A stretch of DNA of 62,482 nt, counting the filler, from Folioceros fuciformis (lineage: Eukaryota), in assembly GCA_049999805.1 (NCBI GenBank). It is 3 parts of 2 records of this genome, joined end to end, with 100 filler letters (N's around TTAATTAATTAA, not from the genome) between each part and the next. Parts side by side here need not be neighbours in the genome. Positions count along the whole stretch, not along the records: positions 1 to 21,262 come from JBNGIO010006284.1; 2 more parts are not named here. The stretch is one strand, 5' to 3'. The notes below the pieces were generated by a model that ran no database searches, was not told where the DNA came from, and worked only from the letters and a program-made list of their open reading frames with translations. A program made the position numbers and the translations under genes. Each line of letters begins with the position of its first letter. The first letter of the stretch is position 1. Shown here piece after piece: positions 1 to 11,532 of the stretch.

Positions 1-1345
1 TGAGTTCCAGGATAGCCCTGGCCTTCAAATCCTTCTTGTTCCATGCCATAATATTTGCAGCCACAGCGTTTGGGCTTGGTTGAGGAGCAGACCATCCACC
101 ACCTCCCACAAGTCCTCGATCATGAGGAGCGTCTTAACCCTATGAGCCCACACATCGTAATTGGAGCCTGAAAAACGGTCCTTGTCTTTAAAATCCAGCC
201 TCATCGATGTCGCCATAGCCATTTGAGTCCTCCGATGATAAGCTGCTGACTTGGCCTGCCCTGGCAATGATATCGCCCGGCCGCCTTTAATTCTTCAGTG
301 GAGGTGGCTCGCTTAAGTGGCATTCTGGGCATGACACATCATTTGGCTTGTGTGTAGCTTCACAGTTTGAGTGGCTCTCAACATTGATGGACGATTGTAT
401 CACCAATGCCGTGTTGAGAATAACCTGCAGCCTCACAAACTCTCTCTCCAAGCTGTGCTCCAGAAACGTGATGTAATTGTGCACCCCCTTGATCCATGGA
501 CGCACCTGGTCTAGGGGATCTGAATTCTGTCTAGTGCTTAGGTGTCCCAGTTGTTTACAGCGTGCACAGAAGAATGACTGTGGGTTAGGCTTACGAGGGG
601 GTGCTAGTGTAGGGCGGTGTGATCGAGGCTTCCCCCGACCTGCATGACTAAGTGAGCGCGCAAGAGCCTCTCCTATATCTGATAGGAAATGTGATGTAGG
701 ATCCCCGTCTTGCTCTGTTGCATGGTGCCTCCTACAGTTGCCTCGATGCGGCATGGTGGCAGAGTTTCATGTGGGCAGAATTGTAGAATTGCAGAATTGC
801 AGAATTGCAGAATTGCAGAATTGCAGAATTGCAGAATTGNNNNNNNNNNNNNNNNNNNNNNNNNNNNNNNNNNNNNNNNNNNNNNNNNNNNNNNNNNNNN
901 NNNNNNNNNNNNNNNNNNNNNNNNNNNNNNNNNNNNNNNGTTGCAAAACCCTTGGCGCCGCCGCACTAATTTGCAGACGCCGCCGTTGGATCTGCAGGCG
1001 TGCAACCGGGGCGCGCATGGATCTGGCGACGCGCACACCAGGCGACCATCTGATTGTGTCCACGCACTCAGATTTGTGGGCAATCCAGTGAACATTCACC
1101 CCTTCGTTGCTGGCGCCTCTTTAAAACGGGCTCGCGGCGCCAAAAACGGGCGCACACGTGTGGGTCTGGCGCGCGTGCATGTGTCCGTGCACAACGTGGC
1201 TAGGCAGGTTTGGATCTGGCCATGTTACATCCAGATTTGAGTGTGTGGGTGCACGATCTCGTGAGAGCCTCGCTCTGATACCAAAGAGAAATCTTTGAAA
1301 AGAGAGAGAAAAAGCATTTCATTAGAGGCACCTTATGTACACCCG
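1..1345 (-). mobile_element. Ty1/Copia LTR retrotransposon, 5' remnant (PBS, GC-rich leader, gag N-terminus)
   Basis: GCTCTGATACCA at 1272-1283 is the reverse complement of the tRNA-iMet PBS TGGTATCAGAGC. ORF 25-267 reads RFSGSNYDVWAHRVKTLLMIEDLWEVVDG, typical of a Copia gag N-terminus. The element runs off the window start; the LTR boundary is approximate. Confidence 0.8.
775..839. repeat. 8-bp tandem repeat (GCAGAATT)n running into an N gap
   Basis: About 8 near-perfect copies directly before the 100-N gap at 840-939. Confidence 0.95.
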
Positions 1346-2943
1346 GCAGTTAGGGTTTGAAGTCTTTGGATATATTGTTTGTAGTTATTTACGTATGATT
1401 TTATTTACAGGTCTATTATATATATGTTGCTGCTAGACTAGACTATTTCTATCTGAATCTTTCTAGGGATGCCATACCACGGGATTACACACGGAAGAAG
1501 CATTTATTGGATGGGAGATTGAGACGCACGCGTCCATGTCGGGCGCCATCAATGGCCCGTGGTGTTTTATAATGCCATGGTTTATGGCCAGTCATTAGTG
1601 AAGGATTAAGGAGTATGATTATTAAGGTTTTATAATGTCATCGTTTATGGCCAGTCATTAGTGAAGGATTTCTTCTATTAACTATAGGGGTGAGATTCAT
1701 TTCAACGGTGAGAGCTTTGCTAGTGCCCGTAGAATATTATGAAATTGGAGCAGGTGGCCGCCATGATCATAATGTCTTCAATGCGACTCCCTCATTGTTG
1801 TAAGGCGTGACAACCAGCTCAACTACGACATTCGCCCGCACAAGAAGATTCGCCATCTTCTTCGCATTGATTGTGTCTACCGACCGCGCACGCACATTGC
1901 AGTGGGTTTGACATTTGAATACAGTCATTAGCAGGGTGATGCCATCGGAGGAAAGGCCAGAGCGTAGGCGTCTCCTAGATACAGTGCACGATAATCCAGA
2001 TGCCATCGTCGGGGATTGGAGGACGGAGGATGAGGATGACACCCTCGTCTTCCAGGTCGCTCCTCCATCGGTGCGTGTGCCACCTCCTTCCAGTGGTGGC
2101 CCATCAGAACCCAGCACCGTCTGCAGCACTGTAGATGACCGCTTTGTTGCAGGTTCCCGCAGCCAACCCTGCGGGTCGCCCATGGCCCATTCACCGGTCT
2201 CGGGATGTTGAAACGCCGCGGCCTACAAGATCAGTCCTGTCGTTGCGCCAGCGAGAGACCAGTGCGCCAACTCCGAATCGCCCCATACCACCAGACGCAG
2301 ACATGATGCGGGCCGCCTCACCGAGGCATGGAGACAATTCTGGCAAGATCCAATGTACATGCATTGTGTGTTTCAGGTCAGGGACGGGCATCGCTCTAGC
2401 AGGCCTGTCTACCATATTGGATAGGGGAAACCAACGTCCGGCCTCCACGAAACAGTCGTATCAGCTCGGCCAACCTACAGCATGCTTCTATGGTGTCCAT
2501 GCGATTGCAGCGTAATGGTTCGTGTGGTCCTCGCAGGCACGGTTCTTTGACTTGTGTATTTGGTGCTTGCATATGGTGTGCAGGTGTCCAGGCCCATGAC
2601 AATTGCAACGCTTGGTCATGCTCTGGGAAGCCAGAAGTATGGTGTGCACCGGGCCTGGCAAGATCCACCTGGCTCATCATTCCTGCAAAAGGCATTCAAG
2701 GCTGACATGAAGGCTTGTTTCCCCGAGCTATGACCGTTCTGGGTTGCTGAGAACGGCTGCATGGGCTTCCGCTGCCCGCCAGGCAGCTGCAATCAAGGAA
2801 GGCGTGGCTCTCATCACTGGAGCTGACCCTGTGTTTTTCCGGCATTTCGCACGGCTGCAGCCAGGCCCTCATTTTGGCTTCGATGTCGCAGTGCTGCGTG
2901 AACGACTAACAGAAGACCTTTTGTTTCGCAGCTCCTCTGTAGT

Positions 2944-3207
2944 AGCAGGATATTCAAAGAAGTTCTTCGTCTTGACAGCCTGATGTAAGAAGAAGACATG
3001 ACTGCACCCAATTCTGTAACATTTCTCTCTCCTACAGGCATGGGCGACTGTGGGTACCACGGCTTTGGAGAAAGGCAAGGCTTAGCAGTTTCATGCACAC
3101 ATTAGAGACAAAGGGGATGAAGCTGATGTGTTCGTAGCCAACAATTGGGTGAACATGTATGCAAAGTGTATCAGCTTAGAAGATGCAGAAACCATCTTCG
3201 ATGGGTT
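2944..3207 (+). pseudogene. Decayed PLS-PPR gene fragment
   Basis: Collinear at nucleotide level with 12870-13140 of the intact PPR gene. Shared stretches include ctgcacccaattc..gtaacatttctctctc, ggctttggagaaagg, catgcacacattagagac and gtgaacatgtatgcaaagtgt. Contains stops and indels. Confidence 0.88.
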
Positions 3208-5329
3208 ATATTTGAATAGACATCACACGCATTGCTAAACGCTGATGGCCGAATTTCAAACAAGGAAGGGGATTCCAACCGGTGCTTCTAAGCCGGAAGA
3301 CAGAAGGCGGCAAAGCATGCCATACGCTTACTTCAATGCGTATCCTACTGTCACTTCAATTCATTCGCAGACCGGAGAGCATTTGGAGTGCTGGTAAGCT
3401 GAAGTGGATGGCGCCTGGAGGAAATACATTGGATCGAAGACTTGATGTGGATGGTTTGATATCGTATCTCAAAATTCTTGAAGACCACATGAATGCGAAG
3501 GAAGAAGACTGGTCGGAGAATTTCGGGAAGCCTTACACATCACTGATATCCATCGCAGTAACGGTAGCAAAATTGGCGCGCGCAGGCAGAAAGGCTGGCA
3601 GAGCAGATGTGAGTGGAACCGTGAGGACAATTTTGTGACCCAGCTCAGAGCATCAGGATCAGTAGGCTCTAGCCTGTCTGTACGCACTTGCAGGCGTCAT
3701 TTGCATGCCCGTCGGGGACGAAAGTCTCTCACTCCCCATGACCTTTGATTTCCTTTGCGAGCCTGTGGACTAAATCGAGATCCGCTCCGGATCCAATTCG
3801 GTTTGCTCATTGGAAGGTTGGCGAGGCGGACTCCGAGTCGAAGTCGAAGCCGAAGTCGAGGCGGAAGCGGAAGCCAGGGATTTTCGCGAACCTCCTCAAA
3901 GGGAACGACTATGTGACGGCCTACAGTCGTCAGGTGGTGAATATACGTAATGCTGTCAAGTTATGTCGAACCTCAGCTGAAGCTGTGGGAGCTTGTAGAA
4001 CTTCGCCAGTGCCACCGGAAGAAGAAAGTGCTCTCCTAGAAGCTCTGAACTTCTATCTAAGTTTCCTACAATATATTCACCTTAAATACGTGAAGCTGGA
4101 AGAATCAAGAAACGATCTCGTTCAAAGACATTCTCAAGTCGGTGCAGAACGTCCTTCTCACAATGCTTTAGCGGAAACAGGATCCTGTACTGTAAAAGGA
4201 TGTGGTGCCCGACGAGGAGGGTAGGACAGGGGGACAGAAATCTTTATTTGCAACTGGCACGCCGTCTTCAAGCAATGGCTAGTCATTTAAGCAGTGGGAT
4301 GGGATCAATTTTTAAACAACAGCAAGATTAAGAGGGAAAGCTTTAGATGTCCAGGCTCTATAGAACTAAGATGCTGAGAATGAAGAACGACTTTGCATGT
4401 TGACGGGTAATATATTAATAAATTATTAATCTAAATCATAATAATTTATAAGATAAATAATAAGATAAAACCCTAAGCGAAACCCCTTGGTCGTCAAGGA
4501 GAGCAACATAAGACGAGTTCATAAAAAATCCCACCTACACAATTCTAAATGACCCACTGCCAAAAACAAAAACAATTTTTTACATTCTACGTTTGAACAT
4601 GTCTCCCTCTAAGGCTTTCCAAAATTTGCACATATGCCATAGCATCTCTACACCAACTGATTAGCTGTCTAGGATACAGCTTCCATACTTAAGTATGAAT
4701 GCTTGACTAATGTTACATATTGCTGCATGCTAGCCCTCAACTTCTCTAATCCTTCATGAATGGTTTCCAAAATACACACTATGCTTTGCACACCATGCAA
4801 CACATTTGTCAACTTGTCGATCATATCAATAGCTACTATAGAATGGTGGCTTTGATCATTTTAGGGGACTGGACCGTTTTACGGTTCATTTAGGGCCATT
4901 TTTGTAGACCCGTGTGTGTCAAACCTGGGTTTCATGAACCCAGCCTTTGCAGCCTCTAGTAGTTTTGGTGCTGTTGTTGCTGGTGATGGGAGGGAAGTTT
5001 TAACACAAAAAGCAAGTACTTGTTTGGGTGGCCCGAAGGTTTAAGCTTATAGTGTCTATAGATGCATATAGAATGAGAGATCTTGGACTGCATATTCACG
5101 TTAGGTTTTTTTTTTATATGTTGTTGGCTTGTGTGTCACTCACAGTTGGGCGGGAAACACTGCTCTCCATTCAGCTTCACAAGTTTGCAACACGAGGCAT
5201 CCTCCTTCAAGGCTCCTATTTGTAGGGATGAGTGGGGAGGTGGGTGGTGGATTCCTTATTATTGAGTGCTTGTGGTGTGAGTCCTTGTGGTGTTCTAGCA
5301 CTCGACATCCTGGTCCTTGGTCCCGTTTC

Positions 5330-6610
5330 CAAGTTGGGTGGTGGCTTCGATTTTTTAAGAAGCTTGGCGCTTGAGTTCCTTATTTGGTGCACAATGAAAA
5401 CATGGGTTTCAAGCAGCAAGGCATTGATACCTTGACACAACATGAATGGAAAAACATAGATGATTTGGTTTACCTTGTGTATGGCAAGCGCCCAAGCTTT
5501 TGCAATTCTCAACAAGTGCCAAGGTTGATGGCACTTGGTATTTTTGTGGAAAAAAATTGTTCAAGTGTGTGAGCTGGACTAGCTTTGTAATCAAGATCAA
5601 GATGAAGAAGGAGGCTAAGGAAGTTGGGAAGACCAAGCCAGTAGTAGTTATGGATGATGCAGAACAAGAGGTGTAGATCGATTACGATAACAATTTCAAT
5701 GACCAGGTACTTGAGGCTGGGCTGCCTTCTAGGAAGAAACCCTCAACGAGCTCTTGTCTTGTCATACAATCATAGAGTCGAAAGAGACTAAGTTCTCTGG
5801 CTTCTTGCAAAATTGGTGATGGTGGGGCTATATATGTTGGGCATGAGGATGGCATCAAGGAGGTTGCAAACTTTGCTGAAGTCGAGTCCACATCAAAGAC
5901 CGGGGTCCAGGGAGATTGCCCAGCACCAATGAGTACAAGTGGAGTGAAGAGTAAGCTTTCTTCATATGCCTTGCGGTTTAGAAGTGGTGTCATTTGCAGA
6001 GCTTTTGTGATTTTTAACGTACTTAAAGGGCGTTGCTTGGCCAGGTTGGCTTCAGCTAGTGGGCTATTACAGATGCGTTCAAAAATCGTTTTTACCCCGT
6101 TAATCTAGGGTTGTATCCCTTGTTTTTGCTGCTACTACACAAGTGTGGTGAGTAAGAATCACCAGGTCAGTTGTCTAGGGGCTGGATTCTACAGGGTTGC
6201 ACTAGGATACAAGAGTTGAATGAACTAGGGCTGGCTACTTGAGTTGCTGGCCAAGTAGGGTTTAGTTACTATCAACTTTCCCTTCCATTTGTCATGATAC
6301 AGTGGGTGCTTGCAAGTTGCCCATGTAGGATTTTATTGTTGTCGACATATCGTTGAACTTGGCCTAACAACTGAACACCTTGTAGGCCATCCTTAGCACA
6401 CACTCTATGTCATAACTAAAGTGAAGGGTGAGCTCGCCTTGCTCCTTGCCAAAGCTACGGAGGAAGAGGAGAAGGAAGCTTTAATAGGCCAGACATTTGA
6501 GGAGCAAAACAAGCTTACAGCAGCACGGTTGGCCGTGTTCAATTTTGTGATTACTAGAGTGGTAGGAGAGCAGCACATGACCCTTAGGTTTGTATACGTC
6601 GTGTGTTGAT
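5330..6610 (+). mobile_element. Possible heavily decayed TE-derived coding sequence
   Basis: Fragmented protein-like frames (DDLVYLVYGKRP...MALGIFVEK / KCVSWTSFV; LLLAKATEEEEKEAL) with many stops and no splice structure. Family not identified. Confidence 0.3.
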
Positions 6611-6759
6611 CACAGCAAAACATAGTTGTAGAAGGTGGTAGAAAGTCTTGACACACCTTACGACACAATGGTTTGATGTAGGTTGAAGACGTTGTTGTGG
6701 CTCGGATACAATAACAAGTACAACGTGTAGCCAACATATAGCAGACCATTTCATGGTTT

Positions 6760-7760
6760 TCTATATGGTGTATCCTCTTCCTCCTCCTCTTGCGAGGGTG
6801 TAGCTTGTCATTTGTAGTGTAGCATGTTTTACTCTCCTCTCCCAAGGATGCAACTCATGGTCTACAATGTAGTATGCCATCTTTCTTGTCTCACGAGGAT
6901 GCAACTCATTATCCACAATGTGGCATATTGTGGTGTGTCTTCCTCTCCTCTTCTGAGAGTGTAGCTCGTCATCTACGCTATTATGTGTTCTTATCCTTTT
7001 TTCTCAAGAATACAACTCGTTGTCCATATTGTGGTGTGTTCTCTTCCTCATCTTAGAAGAATGTGGTCCATTTTCTATATAATGGTTTGCCATTCTCTTT
7101 GCCTCATGAGGTTGCAACTCGTCACCCCTATACTATGACATGCAACTCGTAATCGTGTTGTGGTGTCTTCTTCCTCCTCTCCTGAGAATGCAACGTTATC
7201 ATCCACGTTGTGCTGCGTCATGAGAATGCAACGTTATCATCCACATTGTGCTGCGTCATTCTCTTCCTCTCATGGGGTTGTTGCTCAAAGTCGATGTTAT
7301 AACATGTCCTCGTCATTCAAAGTCGATGTTATAACATGTCCTTGTCGTTGGCCTTGCAACGTATCCTCATTGTCTATGTTGTGCTATGTCATCGGTCTCC
7401 TCGTCTCTCAAGAACGCAACTCGTCTTCTATACTTGGGTGTGTGCTCCTCCTCCTCTCCCAAGGATATAGCTTGTCATCTACATGTTGCGGTGTGTCCTC
7501 TCCTTCCGAGGATGCAACTCATCATTCGTGCTAGGGTATGTTCTCCTACTCCTCTTTTAAGAAAACAGCTTGTTGCCTACGTGTTATCGTGTGCCCTTCA
7601 TTTTCGAGGATGTAGCTCATTGTCCGCATTGTAGCACCTTTGTCCTTCTATTCCAAGGATGCAATGTATCGTTCGCATTGTGGTGTGTCCTCCTCCTCGT
7701 GCCTGAGGATGTAGCATGTCGTATATGTTGTGGTGTGTCCTCCTCCTCTTGTCCAAAGCG
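6760..7760. repeat. Degenerate ~50-bp tandem repeat (about 20 units)
   Basis: Recurring motif tgtggtgtgtcctcctcctc..gaggatgcaactcgtcatccaca. The GCAACTC/GTAGCTC core recurs at 47-51 bp spacing (6800, 6850, 6901, 6961, 7012 ... 7416, 7467, 7514, 7565, 7612, 7661, 7711). Confidence 0.85.
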
Positions 7761-8127
7761 AAGATGGTATATGCAAGAAGCAGCTAAGTGTCTTATGTAC
7801 AAATTGTTTAAGTACTAGTTTGATTTCCTTGTTAGTGAACTCCAGTAGAATAATTTTGTCGGCTAAAGAAAAATAACAAATTCTTCTATGCGGCGGGAAA
7901 ATGGTTTTCTCACGTAATATGTTCTCGTACAATATATGACGAGGGGGGTATTTAGGTGCCGACTACGTACTTGTCTTTGTTTGCGGGTAATCTTGTTCCT
8001 TCAAAAAGTGCTGAGAAACCTGTCGTATCAAGATGGCTTGTTAGAGCACACAGAGAAATCCTCCGTTTGCGAATTTAGTAGGAAGGCAGAAACTTCTAAT
8101 ATCGAGGAATTGTACAGCTGCAGGTGA

Positions 8128-10670
8128 ATGGAAGTGGCGGCAAGGGCAGGTGGAGCAAGAGCATTTTGGGTTTTGGGATACGGCACTGCCTCAAGAAGGG
8201 CAGTCCAGGGAAACACTGTCCGGAATTTTGCTCGCCCGATGACTGCCAGACGCCAGGCAATAAGGTCCGGACGCCGACTGCAAGCTTTTCAATGTCTGCT
8301 TGCACAACATGCTGGCTGTGACGCGATATGCTTGTGTCTGACATATCCAGGGTGCCGGGGAGCAAGATTGTGAGTGACTATAATCGGAGGTTGAGGAAGA
8401 GTTGTGAGGAGACACGGCTGGATAAGGCTTTGGATGTCCTGGAATGGGAGGTTCGACTGACTGGGTCGGTTTGTACTCGGTTACTGTGCCATCTGCTGCA
8501 GAGGTGCAGGGAGGACGGCGATGCGGAAGCCGGGAGGCGGCTGCAAGCTGTGGCTGTTGGAAGTGGGTATGACACACAGGAGCACGTTGCGAACCAGCTC
8601 ATTCAGATGCACGCTGCTTGTGGGGGTTTGAAGCAGGCTAACCAGGTGTTCAGCAAGCTGTTTGCTCCCAGTAAGGTTGTGTGGGCTGCTATAATATCAG
8701 CCCATTCGAAGCTGGGGGAGTCTGAGCACGCCATTCGATTGTACAACGAGATGCTGCTGTCAGGCATTAAAGCAGATGACTACGTGTTTGTAGCGGCCCT
8801 CACAGCCTGCAGCAACGTGGAGGCCTTGGCACAGGGCAAGCTCATTCATGCCCAGATACTTGGAAGTGGACAGGAAATCAACTGTTTTGTGGGCAGCACG
8901 CTCATTCACATGTACGCAAAGTGTGGGAACCTGGACATGGCCAAGCAGGTGTTCGAAAGATTGACTTCCAAGGATCTGGTCACATGGAATGCGATGATTG
9001 CAGGATTGGCGCAGGAAGGGGAGTGTCAAGAAGCATTCAGCCTTTTCCGCCAGCTGCAGGAGGAGGGACTAGAGCCGAGTCAAGGGACATTTGTGAGTCT
9101 GCTAAAGGCCTGTTCCGTTGTTGGTGCTCTGGATCAAGGGAGGCTGCTTCACACCAGAGTTATGGAAATCGGGGTAGAGTCTGATTGTTTTGTTGGCTGT
9201 AGCCTTGTTGACATGTACGCGAAATGTGGGGCCACTTCCGCTGCACGCAATGTTTTTGATAGGTTATCTGTGAAAAGCTCTGTCACGTGGAGTGCAATGC
9301 TTACAGGGTACGTGCAGGACCCTGGTGGTGACCAGGAAGAGGCGCTTCTCCTCTTCCATCACATGCAAGTGGAGGGCATGCCGGCAGAGAAAGTGTCTGT
9401 ACTTTGCATCCTGAAAGCATGCGCTAATCTTGGAGCTCTAGAGCAAGGCAAGCTGGTACATGCACATATCGTGGAAAATGAACATCAGACAGATACTAGT
9501 CTGGGGAACACGCTTGTGTATATGTACGCTAACTGTGAGAGCCTGGTGGATGCTCGCAGGGTTTTTGATTCGCTCCGGACAAAAGATTTGATATCCTGGA
9601 ATGCCATGATCTCGGCATATGCCCAGCAAGGTAGTGGGCAAGATGCCTTCCGACTTTTCCAGGAAATGCGAGACAAGGGTGTGCAACCCAACCAGGTGAC
9701 TCTAGTAAGCATTTTGAAAGCCTGTTCAAGTGTGGCTGCTCTCAATCAAGGCAAGGTGGTCCATAGCTACGTTCAACAAAATGGTTTTGGCACAGACTTA
9801 ATGGTCGCCAACGTCTTGGTTGATATGTATGCCAGATGCGGGAGCTTCGGAGATGCACGAAAAGTGTTCGATTCTCTGGCCGTGAGAGATGTGGTGTCAT
9901 GGAATGCCGTAATTGGAGGATGTGCTCAGCACGGTGATGGACACTTAGCTGTACAGCTATTCAAGGACATGCTGCAGGTAGGGGTCTGTCCAGACAACGT
10001 AACTTTCGTCTGTCTCCTGTCTGCTTGTAGCCACGCTGGGCTGTTACAGGAGGGCATTCACGTCTTTGGCTCCATGGCTGTAGAGTTTGGGATCTGTCCC
10101 CAGATCAGACATTATGTATGTTTGGTTGACCTTCTGGGCCGGTCAGGCTGTCTCATAGAAGCAGAGGCTTTTGTGAACAGAATACCAGTGCAGCATGATG
10201 CTGTTTTGTGGTTGACCCTACTGGGAGCTTGCCGAAACCAAGGCAACGTGGAGATAGGAAGACGTGCCTTCGATGCCATTCTCAGGATAGATGAAACAGA
10301 TGCTGCTGCTTATGTGCTGATGGCTGAGATCTACACTGCAGCTGGCAGGCCGGATGATGAAGCAGACATACGAAGACAGATGCAGAGTGCGGGTGTGAAG
10401 AAGGATCCTGGTCGGACTTGGATGGAACTTGGGAAAGAGGTGCACGCTTTCGTGGTTAAAGATGAGGAGCACCCAGAGCGGCAACAGATTTATGCCAGGC
10501 TTGAGAGATTGGTAAGCGAAATCAGCAATCATGGCTCGGCGGAAGAGGACTCGAGTTGCTTGCAGGAAAAGTCAGACGACGACACGGCGGGTGGCCAGTG
10601 TGATAGGCTGGCACTTGCTTTCAGCATTTTGACCAGGTGCCACAGAAACAGGAGAACGAAGAAAAGATAG
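8128..10670 (+). CDS. PLS-class PPR protein with E domains, PG box and a degenerate, truncated DYW domain (organellar RNA-editing factor type)
   Basis: ORF 8328-10670 has repeated P-L-S motifs (LIHMYAKCG, VTWNAMIAG, TFVSLLKAC), E motifs (HYVCLVDLLGRSG; WLTLLGAC), PG box KKDPGRTW, then QCDRLALAFSIL and an early stop. A 5' exon 8128-8264 joined through a predicted GT-AG intron (8265-8350) is inference. Confidence 0.93.
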
Positions 10671-10964
10671 GTACGTTGTTCAGTCTTCCATAGGCCAGCC
10701 ACCACAGAACAAGTATGCCCCGGTAGCATGAAACAGGATGCAGACAGTCGTACCAACAAGCTGGATGCAAAAATCCATTCCAGGCCCGTCCAGGCCATGC
10801 TCTGCTTGCGACAAGCAGCCCTGGATCATCTACGATATGCTCCAAGGGATGCGGTATTGTCTGCTAAGAGAATTAAGCATTCTTAGGGGCATGTCTAGCT
10901 TGCAGTCGTCTAGAAGCACACACAGTTGAAGTCCTTTGTTCTGTAGCTGTGGCCACGCTGTTTC

Positions 10965-11330
10965 CGCAGGGCTTCCTACCCCATTCCCTGCTCGGAACAC
11001 CTTCCAATCAATAGATTCTATGCCACGAGATCTTTTTCAGGAAGCTCATTGAACAAGACCTGAGGCATCGTCCCAGAGGCTACTCTTTGCATATTCTGCT
11101 ACCACTGAGGGCCTAGGAAATGACTTGCCTGTGGCAAAGTTAGAGAACCTTGCCCTGAGCATCCTCTGAGCTGACACGCCACTCTTTTTTCATGTCCATC
11201 AGGCTGCTGCAAGTGACAACGTCTTCACTCTCAAGCTTTCCCAAATCTATACGTGAATCCGCACCTTTCCCTCCTAAGCCAGAGTACTGATCCCTTCGCA
11301 ATCGTGAGAGGCCTTACAGTCAGCGTTTAC
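10965..11330 (-). pseudogene. Decayed PLS-PPR fragment, antisense to its neighbours
   Basis: The minus strand translates in pieces to DVVTCSSLMDM...EDAQ and YAKS...LFNELPEKDLVA*NLLIGRCSEQGMG*EAL, i.e. PPR S and P motifs with stops and indels. Confidence 0.7.
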
Positions 11331-11532
11331 CCAAAACTCAGATCCAGTTTGCTGCACTGGGCAAGTTCGACAAACTATACTGTTCAGCTCCATCAGAGCT
11401 TGCAAAGCGCAGCCGGTCGCGAGACGTCGGAAACAGTTTTTGGAGATCGATGTTCTGCATTAATATGTTAGACCACTTCACCTATATCCAGGGCAGCCAG
11501 AGCTGGGAACAGCGCCCCGAGCCCAATTTCGT

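Noticed and set aside
673-1240. ORFs with ILQFCNSA/RIAELQNC repeats spanning the first gap
   Set aside because: Translation artefacts of the 8-bp repeat and the N run.
2300-2380. Minus-strand CMYIGSCQN as a GIY-YIG nuclease motif
   Set aside because: Only a 3-4 residue match, in a frame with stops and without the upstream GIY or downstream Arg/Glu motifs.
6760-7760. ~50-bp periodic region as CRISPR-like repeat-spacer structure
   Set aside because: Divergence is spread over the whole unit; there is no alternation of constant repeat and unique spacer.
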